From a virus (taxonomy: Duplodnaviria; Caudoviricetes): a stretch of 64,000 bases of DNA. Shown here piece after piece: positions 18,449-27,614 of the stretch. Each line of letters starts with the position of its first letter. Position 1 is the first letter of the stretch. Position numbers and translations under genes: made by a program. The stretch spans positions 1-64,000 of IMG/VR virus record IMGVR_UViG_3300031760_004865; one strand, given 5' to 3'. The notes below the pieces were generated by a model. That model made no database searches. It saw nothing but the letters and a program-made list of their open reading frames with translations, and was not told the origin of the DNA.

Positions 18449-18521
18449 TGACTCCTGCCAGATTCGAACTGACGACTCCAGCTTGAGGGACTGGTGACTT
18501 CAACCACTTGTCGAAGGAGCC
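18449..18521 (-). tRNA. tRNA-Glu(CUC)
   Basis: ccagt-cc-ctc-aa-gctgg. Confidence 0.88.
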
Positions 18522-18994
18522 TTTTTATTTCTCAAATTTATAATATTTTTACTTCCTGTTGTAGGTAGCTATTGATTACAATTAGGACAAACCCATCTAA
18601 GATTTTCTAATCTATCATCATTATTTATTCCATTTATATGATCCAAAATCAAAGTTAATGGTTTATCATTCCATATAGGGAGCTATCCACAAATAGAACA
18701 TTTATAAGGAACATATTCTCCATTTATAAAATATTTTCTGAGAGTTTTTTGATGAGCTGTTGAGCCTTTAATAAAAATATTTTCTGGAGTTCTCTAAACT
18801 TTATCTTCTGATTTTTTAGATAAAACAAAATGATCTGTAGATAATTGTAATTTTTCAATACGCTCTTTTATTTTTGAATAAGTAGAGCTACTCTTTGTAA
18901 GATACCCACATTTTTTTAGAACATCGGCATAAGAAAGACTTTTCTAAACGAACTAAGAAAATTCTTCATCTGAAAACTAATCAACTTTAGCCAT
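18500..18994 (-). CDS. HNH endonuclease, 164 aa under code 15 (6 in-frame TAG)
   Basis: CSICG[Q]...LILDHINGINNDDRLENLRWVCPNCNQ[Q]LPT; absent from the ORF track. Confidence 0.85.
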
Positions 18995-19416
18995 TTTTTT
19001 TCCTTTCTTTATCTTATATATATATTATATCAAAATTTTTTTAAAAAATCAAATTAAGTGCTTTTGGCAGGGGCAGTTGCGTTTCCGGTATTTACACTCA
19101 TAACAAACAGTATCTAAACAGCTGTTTTTAGACTTATAAGTTATTTAGCAGGCTTCTACTGCGCCCCCCAGAAACACTTAATTTGATTTTTATATCAGGG
19201 GGCTTTATACTGCCCCCACGGTATCAAGTTCCTTTCTGTTCTCATCAGTGAGGAAAAACTGAAAGCTATCTCTTACATTCTGTCTCCGAAATTCAACTTC
19301 GGTCATATCATAATATTCTTCGCAAGTTTCATAAAGGTCAAAATCATCAAACATAATTTTTTCTCCTTTCTTAACTTTCTATAAATATTATAACATATTT
19401 TTTTTAAAAAATCAAG

Positions 19417-19686
19417 TTAGTCAATTAGTGAATCGGCAATCCATCCGCCCGTATCCAACAGACGCCAATTATAGCCATCTCTTAGAACAGTGCTTACTTC
19501 TGTGCCGTAGTCGTTTTCAAAAGTATAAACGGGGTCACCATTATATACTTTATAAGCAACGTCAAAACCAAATCCGGGGCCGTATCTTACATTAGCGTAA
19601 TTTACAGTCTCATTATAAACATACCGCTTTTTTCCGCCCCATACATTTTCAAGGGCTTCATCACTCAACTTATAGACCTGCTCCAT
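19417..19686 (-). CDS. Double-glycine leader + SH3b-like small protein
   Basis: MEQVYKLSDEALENVWGG then ANVRYGPGFGFDV...GWI. Confidence 0.65.
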   Translation of the reverse strand: MEQVYKLSDEALENVWGGKKRYVYNETVNYANVRYGPGFGFDVAYKVYNGDPVYTFENDYGTEVSTVLRDGYNWRLLDTGGWIADSLID

Positions 19687-19836
19687 ATTTTTATCTCCTT
19701 TTTCTCTTTTGGAAAAAACAGAAAAGTTACTTTCCGCGAGGTCGGTTACATTTTATACCGTTTTACTACATCTAACATAGTTAGGACTTATTGTTTCCTA
19801 CCCTCTCGCTAGGCTTCCATTCGCTTTTCTGTTGAG

Positions 19837-19909
19837 CGATCCCGACGGGTGCTGCCCCCGCTATCCCGTGCGTGACAGGCACGTGACTCTGCTGACCGTC
19901 CCCAGGACC
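19837..19909 (-). tRNA. tRNA-Asp(GUC) with atypical D arm and T loop GGCAGCA
   Basis: cgtgc-ct-gtc-ac-gcacg; G73. Confidence 0.8.
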
Positions 19910-20162
19910 AAAACCAGTTTCCCTCGTAAGGCGGCACTGGAAAACCGACTGTACAGTTTGAATTCTTTCAGTAATAACCCGCCTAAAGAACTCACAAAGT
20001 TTGGGGATAGTATTAGTCTTGTCGGTTCCTTGTTGAACTCGGGTGGCTTAACTATCATCGTCATTCCAAAGTCAGAGGAGCAGTTTTAGGTCGCACTCCA
20101 CATCAGACCTTATTTACGAGGAGCGTTGCTTCTCCCCGCCTATCTCCAAAAGATAGGATAAA

Positions 20163-20237
20163 TACGCCGCCTGGGACTCGAACCCAGCATCTTAGGTTTA
20201 TAAGACCTCTGCATAAAACCAACTATGCTAGCGGCGC
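20163..20237 (-). tRNA. tRNA-Ile(UAU)
   Basis: gaggt-ct-tat-aa-accta; canonical T arm. Confidence 0.88.
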
Positions 20238-20440
20238 TCACTCCTTTTTCTCTTTCTTATACTCTTGGAATTTTAAGCAACCCTCAATCCATTCTTCATC
20301 CGTCGGGTCGCACCTTTGAGAACCACACATTTGGCAATTCTCTTTTATAAAATCATAATTTTCTATCATATAATTCTCCTAAAATAAAAATTGCTTACTA
20401 TTACACTTAATGGCGGCGTCGAAGCAAGACCGAACCAGAA

Positions 20441-20513
20441 TGCGCCATGCGGGATTCGAACCCACGACTCCGAAATTAAAAGTTTCGTACTCTGCCAACT
20501 GAGTTAATGGCGC
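20441..20513 (-). tRNA. tRNA-Lys(UUU), second copy
   Basis: cgaaa-ct-ttt-aa-tttcg. Confidence 0.92.
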
Positions 20514-20728
20514 TAATTTTTCTGAGATTTTTCACTCGACATAAAATCAACTCCTTTTATAAATATTATAACAAAAATTTTTTAAAAAATCAAGACCATA
20601 ACGGGGTTTTTAGTTTTTATAGGAGTTACAAAATTCTCCCGCTCATTAAATCTACTCCGTTGAGGTTTAGTCAATCCTTAACTAATCATCTTGTATGTAA
20701 ATTGCTGAAATGGTCTTTAAAGCGGCTG

Positions 20729-21226
20729 TTATTCACAGCCAATAATTTTTTCAATTCGATAAGTAATACCAAGGCCGACAATCATTACCAGAGCATCTAC
20801 TCCAAAAGCAACAAGATTTTTTACAATTTTGACTGCAAATGGAATATGATATAAATAACACTCAATGCCTGTTTTGGCTCCCAGCATACCAATTCCGACA
20901 AACAAAACGATTGCCGCAATTCGTGCCCAAACATTTCTAGTACGTTTGAATACTAATCCGCATCCAAAACCTATAATCAAATTTGCTACAAACCAACTAA
21001 TACTAAAACCATACGGAGAAAATAGAATACTTTCAAGTCCGCAACCAACGGCTCCTACAAAAGCACCCCATACTCCAAATAAGCTACAAGCTAATGTCAA
21101 AGCAACATATCCCAAATCGAGCGAAATTGCTCCAATAAACGGGATTTTCATCATAGCACTTAATACACAATAAAGTGCTGTTAATAAAGCGATACATGTA
21201 ATTTTCTTTGTTGTCAGTTTACTCAT
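20729..21226 (-). CDS. ECF transporter S-component-like membrane protein
   Basis: Start MSKLTTKKITCIALLTALYCVL (GGAGG SD); several hydrophobic segments; FG...GAFVGAVG pattern. Confidence 0.75.
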   Translation of the reverse strand: MSKLTTKKITCIALLTALYCVLSAMMKIPFIGAISLDLGYVALTLACSLFGVWGAFVGAVGCGLESILFSPYGFSISWFVANLIIGFGCGLVFKRTRNVWARIAAIVLFVGIGMLGAKTGIECYLYHIPFAVKIVKNLVAFGVDALVMIVGLGITYRIEKIIGCE

Positions 21227-21354
21227 TTTTTTACCTCCAATGATATTTTTGAGTAAACCAAAAACACCATGAAGGGTATTTTTGGTTGACAGTTTAACGA
21301 CATAATTTGCGAAAATACAAACACTTGGTCGTGCTTTAAGGACAGCAAAACGAG

Positions 21355-22085
21355 AGCCGCCAGAGGGACTTGAACCCCCAACCCATTGATTTGATTCCTG
21401 GCTTAAACAAATCTCCTTTCCCAAATATATCCATAAGCAGTTTTTCTTTCGCCTTTTAATACTTGGCATATATGACTATTGTCACCATTAACTGCTTGAG
21501 CGGCTTCTTTAGCCGTTTCATAATCTGCTATTAGATTATGTTCTTTATCATATTGGAAGATTTTCATTTTTACTTTTGGTTCAGGTAAATTATTTATCAA
21601 TCTATGTAAAGTTTGTTCTATCTCATAGTTTTCAATAAAGTAAGTATCTGCTTTATTAACTTTTTTTGTTTCAAAAGATAAAAGTCTTGATACTCCTTGA
21701 CAATCATCAACTTTTATAAGATAACATTTATTATTCCAAAAAGTAGCAAAATAATCAATATCATTTACATCATATCTTTTAGTTTGAATACTATGAGAAG
21801 TATTTCCACCTTGAACTGAACGAGTAGCAAATTCTATTCCAGATTCAGTTTTATTTAGATGACAAGTTTTTACTTGAACTCTTATCAATTTTCCCTCTAC
21901 ATCAACTATCATATCATAACGGCAATCTTCACCTAAAGGAATAGATACATTATAACCAAGTTGAGTAAAAGTAGTTTGACATTGTAATTCTGTTATTAAG
22001 CCTTTTTGTTTATTTTCATTCATTTCTTTATAATTGTTACTCACCAAGAAACAAATCAATTGCGCTGCCATTGCGCTATGGCGGC
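21355..22085 (-). tRNA. tRNA-Thr(UGU), interrupted at 36/37 by a 659 nt insert (21392-22050)
   Basis: 5' half gccgccatagcgcaatggcagcgcaattgatttgt; 3' half aatcaatgggttgggggttcaagtccctctggcggct. Confidence 0.9.
21403..22023 (-). CDS. PD-(D/E)XK homing endonuclease with C-terminal NUMOD1-like domain, inside tRNA-Thr
   Basis: KGLITELQCQ...PLGEDCRYDMIVDVEGKLIRVQVKT; C-terminal QYD...Y.TAKEAA...SHICQVLKGERKTAYGYIW. Confidence 0.88.
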   Translation of the reverse strand: MNENKQKGLITELQCQTTFTQLGYNVSIPLGEDCRYDMIVDVEGKLIRVQVKTCHLNKTESGIEFATRSVQGGNTSHSIQTKRYDVNDIDYFATFWNNKCYLIKVDDCQGVSRLLSFETKKVNKADTYFIENYEIEQTLHRLINNLPEPKVKMKIFQYDKEHNLIADYETAKEAAQAVNGDNSHICQVLKGERKTAYGYIWERRFV

Positions 22086-23046
22086 AAAATGGCGGTCTTT
22101 ATGTTCCGGCACCCACCATTCCCTTTTGACAAACTCTTACGCGGTTTGCTTACGTCACCGGTGAAGGTTTGATTTATCACAATATCGTTGGTTCTACAAA
22201 CCCACAAACAATATCTACGCATTTGTGGCATCTTTTAGTTCTTATCGTAAACTAAGTGAGGAACAAATGTAAGCAATCTCTGAAAACGCCTTTTCAAATA
22301 TTTTACTTCTTCATTATTAGTAATTGAGACTTTTACTCAAAGACTAATAACTTGAAAAGGAAGAAGTGAAATGTTTTTCTATTTCATTTCATATATATAT
22401 TATATCAAAAATTTTTAAAAAAATCAAGTAAAAGATTTTTTAAATGTCGGCTATAATATCATACTTTTCACGAAGCCTGTTTTTAATATATTTGACCTCG
22501 GCAGGCCCCATAACAAGAAAGGTGTCATCAAGTTCTGCTTCTGTATCACCAGAAAGTGCCTTCTCGGCAAGATCATCGGCAAGTCTATCAAGTTCCGTCT
22601 GATAGCTGATGTATCCCAAAAAATCATTATTCATAATTTTTTATTTCCTTTCTTTATTGTATATATATTATATCAAAAATTTTTTAAAAAATCAAATTAT
22701 GAAAATCTACTCTGACGGATTATATAATACTTTTTACCATTATTGTTTTCCTTTGTAGTGATTTCATCAAATATCATGTATCCTTTTTCCATAAATTCTT
22801 CTCTAACGGCCATCGGTATTTCATTATCATTTTTTATTATAAGTCCAAAAGTGTCAGTGAAAAAAATTGCCTGATACCAATTAAAGGCTCTTTTACTCAA
22901 GACCTCCTTCGCATCATTGTAATCAAATTTTACACAATATTCAGCAGAGCTAAATCTAACAGTAATCATATTTTTTCCCTCTCTTTTTATAAAAACTTTG
23001 TTTTCTTCATTTCATATATATATTATAACAAAATTTTTTATAAAAA

Positions 23047-23676
23047 TCAATTTTCTATTTCTCTAATTTCAAATATAGGAAAACATTCACATTCAGGATG
23101 ATATGGAGGTAAATCTGTGTCTTGAATTTCCATTATACATAAACCTTTTTGGAACTTATCATGGTATTCTTCACATAAAGGAGCGTCAAAACAATCATCA
23201 TATCCATCTAAATTATCAATAGTAACATATATTTTATAACTTGGAAAATTTTCAACTAAAGTTTGTTTGATTAAATTATAGCAAAAATACTTATATTCAG
23301 TATTAGTCTATCTTTGTATTTCATAAGCAACTTTAATTTTTATATTAGGACTTAATGAATTATCCTAATAATCTTGAAGTTTTCTTTTCATTCGTTCTTC
23401 AATATCAATACCATCTCTATGATATGAAAGAGCTTTAAAATCACTAATAAAAGGTTCTAATGATGCTTCGACAGCATAATTATCCATTAACCATTTTTTA
23501 GTTAGCGCATAATTTTTTTCGTATCCTTCCCAATAAATACTTAAAACATCTTCTTCTGCCGTATCCCAATTGGCAAGCCTAATAGATTCACATATTTTAG
23601 ATATAACCTTTTCGGCATATTCATTAGAAAGTTGCTATATATCTTTCAAATGTGCTATATAATTATCTTTTAACAT
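23047..23676 (-). CDS. MuF/minor-head-like protein, 209 aa under code 15 (3 TAG)
   Basis: GAGGTG SD; C-terminal LPPYHPECEC motif; absent from the ORF track. Confidence 0.6.
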
Positions 23677-23780
23677 AATCACACCTCAAATAAAAAATAT
23701 TGGGTTGAATAGCCAAAACTATCCAACCCTATGAACTAATGACAAACCGGGACACAATGCCAGCAGCTTGCCACCAGTTT

Positions 23781-24617
23781 TCACACAACTAATGCTTCAC
23801 GCAAGTAATTTGCCCGAGCAGGTGCTCGTAGCTTACTCAACGCTTTGCTTTCTATTTGCCGAATTCGTTCCTTAGAAACGCCATAGGTTCGGCCCACTTC
23901 TTCAAGTGTCATCATTTTATCACTTTTAAGACCAAATCTTTTAATTAAAATGTCCTTCTCTTTTTCAGATAATGTATCAAGGACTTCGGCAACGGCATCC
24001 TTATTCTCTTCTCGCAAGTAGGAAGTTTCCGGATCAAGAAAATATGTATCTTCTATCATATCGGCAAGAGTATCCTCTTCTTCTTCTCCTACTGGAATAT
24101 CAAGACTGGATGCGTCATAATAATAAGAGCGAGCGGCGGAAACTTCCTCTTCATCTAAATCACATTTATTCGCAATTTCTTTGTCTGTTGGCTGTCTGTG
24201 AAGTTCCGCCAATAATTCTCGCTCTATTTTTTTAACTTTACTTATAGTCTCCGTCATATGGACGGGCACACGAATTATTCTACCCTGATTGGCAATCGCA
24301 CGAGAAATAGATTGTCTTATCCACCAAGGGGCAAAAGTTGATAATCTATAACCTTTTGATAAATCATATTTATCAACGGCGTTCATTAAACCTAAATTTC
24401 CTTCTTGTATCAAATCTTCAAATGATAAACCGCAATTTTTATAATGTTTAACTATTGATACTACAAGACGTAAATTACTTTCAACAAGTTTTTGTTTTGC
24501 CGTTTCATCACCTTTTGATGCCAATTCGGCAAGTTCTTGCTCTTCTTCTAAGGTTAAAAGTTTTTTTGTGTTAATTTCTTTGAGATATTGTTTAATAAGA
24601 TTAATCTCTTCTGCCAT
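23781..24617 (-). CDS. RpoD-like sigma70 factor
   Basis: Regions 1.2, 2 (LVESNLRLVVSIVK, DLIQEGNLGL, WWIRQSI), 3 and 4 (TLEEVG...VSKERIRQIE). Confidence 0.93.
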   Translation of the reverse strand: MAEEINLIKQYLKEINTKKLLTLEEEQELAELASKGDETAKQKLVESNLRLVVSIVKHYKNCGLSFEDLIQEGNLGLMNAVDKYDLSKGYRLSTFAPWWIRQSISRAIANQGRIIRVPVHMTETISKVKKIERELLAELHRQPTDKEIANKCDLDEEEVSAARSYYYDASSLDIPVGEEEEDTLADMIEDTYFLDPETSYLREENKDAVAEVLDTLSEKEKDILIKRFGLKSDKMMTLEEVGRTYGVSKERIRQIESKALSKLRAPARANYLREALVV

Positions 24618-24752
24618 AAAATCTCCTCAAAAATTTAAGATGTAAAAATTACGCAATCCACATACTATTTACTGATAAAAAATCATTTACCTATAAAATA
24701 AATGAAAAAAGGAGAAATAAAATTGAGTAAAATTACCCAATGGCAATTTTAC

Positions 24753-25070
24753 TCAAAGGCCCAAACGGGCCATCAAATCGGAGATATTTTTCTTTTCAGC
24801 TTCTGTGATTTCAGCGGCAGGAAGACTTGGAGCTTCTCTTAATACACTTTTGCCATCATCACTCCAATCATTGTCTGGTACGAAATTCTTATCTGGTGCG
24901 TCAATCATAGTTTTCGGGCAAGTAAGGGCAATACAAATTTGGACTCTGGTATCTCCATCATCGGCCCAAACATAATATTTCTTATTTACTTCGCCAATCC
25001 AATCTTCTCCAAAAGCATTGGCAATTTTATTTATAACTTTTTCTTTTGCTACACTACCTTTTGCTGCCAT
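24753..25070 (-). CDS. Hypothetical protein
   Basis: 105 aa ORF with GGAGG SD. Confidence 0.55.
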   Translation of the reverse strand: MAAKGSVAKEKVINKIANAFGEDWIGEVNKKYYVWADDGDTRVQICIALTCPKTMIDAPDKNFVPDNDWSDDGKSVLREAPSLPAAEITEAEKKNISDLMARLGL

Positions 25071-25145
25071 TATTTTTCCTCCATATTTTTTTATTATAAA
25101 CGATAGGTTTTACCTATCGTTTATAACAATAATAACATATTTTTT

Positions 25146-26528
25146 TTAAAAACACAACTCAGCTTCTTCACTTGTGAGTTTCAATTCTTCTATACAAGCG
25201 GGGCAACAATAAGTATTAACCCCATTAACTTCAACATATTCGCCCTCTTCTATGACGAAACGTTCGCCACAAATCGGGCAAGTGCCGAATATCTCATCAT
25301 TATCATCTAAATTATAATTAATCGCACAATGTGGACAAATTAAAAGTTCTGATACTGAAAGAGGGTCTCCACATACAGGGCAATCAACTGATTTGCCGAC
25401 TACGATTTTAGGCAACCAAGAACTACCCGTTCCAACAGGACGATTAAGATAATTTCCAGAAAAATGATTTTTTACAAGTCTAAAACAATAATAAGGACTT
25501 TTATAAAATGATGATAAAAGCAAGTCATTAAATTGATAAGTATTATCACCATCCATAACAATCTTTTTATATTCTATTAAACGATCGCCCCAGGGCACAT
25601 AACGTCTCTTGAGATTAACCATATATTCATTATTATCATTAAACTCATTATCATCAAAAGCAGACTTAACTTTTATAGTATCAACATATTCGTTAATCCA
25701 GCCTGAGAATTTAGCATCAAATACATCTTCAAATTCTTTCTTAATCGGCAATAAAAGATTATTAGCATCAAACGGATACTGCCGACCTGCCATAATCATT
25801 GTGTAATAAGTATCAATATACATTAACACTCGCCATTTTTTTGAGTTCCACGGCACATCCTCAGGGAAATCCGGCAATTTATGCTCGCCATCTGCTCTAA
25901 GATAACAAATGACAGTAGAAGTATCGGCCATATAGTTGAGATTGCCGGCTCGGTATTCGCCATCCAGAGCGTGACAAGAACGCCAATTATGAACGTTTTC
26001 GCTCAATGAAAGATAATCAAGCGGATGAACGGACATACAAAGATGCCCCGTAACCTTCTTTTCCTGAATGACACGACTTGCTAAAATCTGTAATCTTTCA
26101 AGGAGTTCTTTATTTTCACAGAAATACTTAAATGACCTTACTACTTTTGAGCCTTTTGGAATTTTTATATTTCCTAATATATATTCTTTATCCAGATAAT
26201 TGTTGAAAAAGGCATCTTCATTATCGTGAATAAAACGAAAAAGATTTTCACATTCATTATAATCTTCGTCACAATAAGTGTTACAATATAAATAATCAAT
26301 CTGTTCTATCAAATTAGCAAGAGCCTGATGCTTTTGAGTTTCTGTAAATTCAACAGTTACTTCGCCTAAGTCTTTAATAAGTTCGCCTTCCCAAGCATCA
26401 ATGAATACCTGTTTGCCGTAAAGCCAATTGTCAAATAATTTGTCAATATTGAGATTTATATCGGGCAATTCCTGTGAATATTTAATAACTTCTTTTACCT
26501 GTTCTTTAATCTTGTCGTATTTCATCAC
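25146..26528 (-). CDS. HPLDY-motif protein with Zn ribbons (paralogue of 29277-30920)
   Basis: LCMSVHPLDYLSLSENVHNWRSC...WNSKKWR; CPVCG/CPHC/CPICG. Confidence 0.65.
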   Translation of the reverse strand: MMKYDKIKEQVKEVIKYSQELPDINLNIDKLFDNWLYGKQVFIDAWEGELIKDLGEVTVEFTETQKHQALANLIEQIDYLYCNTYCDEDYNECENLFRFIHDNEDAFFNNYLDKEYILGNIKIPKGSKVVRSFKYFCENKELLERLQILASRVIQEKKVTGHLCMSVHPLDYLSLSENVHNWRSCHALDGEYRAGNLNYMADTSTVICYLRADGEHKLPDFPEDVPWNSKKWRVLMYIDTYYTMIMAGRQYPFDANNLLLPIKKEFEDVFDAKFSGWINEYVDTIKVKSAFDDNEFNDNNEYMVNLKRRYVPWGDRLIEYKKIVMDGDNTYQFNDLLLSSFYKSPYYCFRLVKNHFSGNYLNRPVGTGSSWLPKIVVGKSVDCPVCGDPLSVSELLICPHCAINYNLDDNDEIFGTCPICGERFVIEEGEYVEVNGVNTYCCPACIEELKLTSEEAELCF

Positions 26529-27555
26529 TATTTACAGTCTCCCATAATCTATCTGAACAATCACAACACAATTCCTGATGCGGCACAGATGATACAAAAG
26601 CGCATCCACAATTAGAACACCACTGAACTTTCTCTGCGGCACAATCCTGGCAATAATAATGGAAATTTCCATAATCATTTTTTGCCCGAATAGATACAGA
26701 TTTAGTTATCGTCTTACCACAGGAATGACACGCCGTTGAGGTATTATCCCATCTTTTTGAGATTTCTTCGTCATCATCTTCGTAGGGGTAATAGTCCCAA
26801 AAATGGAAGCTACTACGAAAGGGATTGGAAAAATACCCCTCAAATTTGAAGTAATCGGCGCCATCTACATTGGCTAACATATTCTTTACCTTCTGGAGCG
26901 TCATATAAAGATACTGAATATGAAGCGTTTCTATTTCTAAATGCTCGTCTTCATATCCAACAGACAAATTGACACCAGAAACTTCCCATACAGGACTGAG
27001 GAAAGATATATCAGAAAATGAACCGATATTTTCTTTAAAACCAAAACTTTCTACATACTGGGCGAATACTGCGTTACTATCATCGTAGAATACACAATCA
27101 AATTTGCCGCGTCGGTCCAACTGTATCATATACTTCATCGGCCAGGGAGGCTTAGGGAAATCTTCACAAAGCTGACTTGCCCCGACCCCTCCAACCTCTT
27201 CATCCTGAGTAAATATAATATGAGGAAGTTTTCCTTTTTGAGCGGACTGAATAATTTTGACAATAAGAAACACTCCTGCCCTATCATCTGCTCCTAATCC
27301 ATCTGGCGACCATAAAACGCCTTTCTCTCGGTCATAAAATATATCTTTTTCCAGAGGTGGAATTTTGAAGACTGTATCCATATGAGCTATGAGAGCAATA
27401 GGGATATCCCCTTCTGCTATGAGATAATCTCCGGTATTTATAATATTTTTGTAATGTCTTTTTAAGATTTTAAATAATATCTTTTGAAGTTTCTGTTTAT
27501 TTGAAGTTACTAACATTGTAAATAATTCATAATCATCTCTTGGCATCTGTATCAT
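26506..27555 (-). CDS. M20/M28-family metallopeptidase with C-terminal Zn ribbons
   Basis: AHMDTV, GADDRAG, DEEVG, QLDRRG, NLSVGYEDEH. Confidence 0.8.
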   Translation of the reverse strand: MIQMPRDDYELFTMLVTSNKQKLQKILFKILKRHYKNIINTGDYLIAEGDIPIALIAHMDTVFKIPPLEKDIFYDREKGVLWSPDGLGADDRAGVFLIVKIIQSAQKGKLPHIIFTQDEEVGGVGASQLCEDFPKPPWPMKYMIQLDRRGKFDCVFYDDSNAVFAQYVESFGFKENIGSFSDISFLSPVWEVSGVNLSVGYEDEHLEIETLHIQYLYMTLQKVKNMLANVDGADYFKFEGYFSNPFRSSFHFWDYYPYEDDDEEISKRWDNTSTACHSCGKTITKSVSIRAKNDYGNFHYYCQDCAAEKVQWCSNCGCAFVSSVPHQELCCDCSDRLWETVNSDEIRQD

Positions 27556-27614
27556 AGGTTATCCCCTTCTTATTTTTTCTATTTTATATATTATAATATA
27601 TTTTTTTTGAAAAA

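Noticed and set aside
7794-22050. Group I or group II introns as the explanation for the split tRNAs
   Set aside because: Non-coding flanks of about 10-50 nt (61 nt in total for Pro) cannot hold a catalytic core; no P7-type motifs; inserts do not end in omega-G and 5' exons mostly do not end in U
7794-22050. Canonical archaeal bulge-helix-bulge introns
   Set aside because: Junction pairing gives continuous helices or small internal loops, not two 3-nt bulges around a 4-bp helix, and positions are 36/37 or 34/35
7281-22312. Theta (HDV-like) ribozymes, tmRNA or SRP RNA next to the tRNAs
   Set aside because: I could not find the nested double-pseudoknot, tmRNA termini or SRP loop motifs by eye; a covariance search is still warranted
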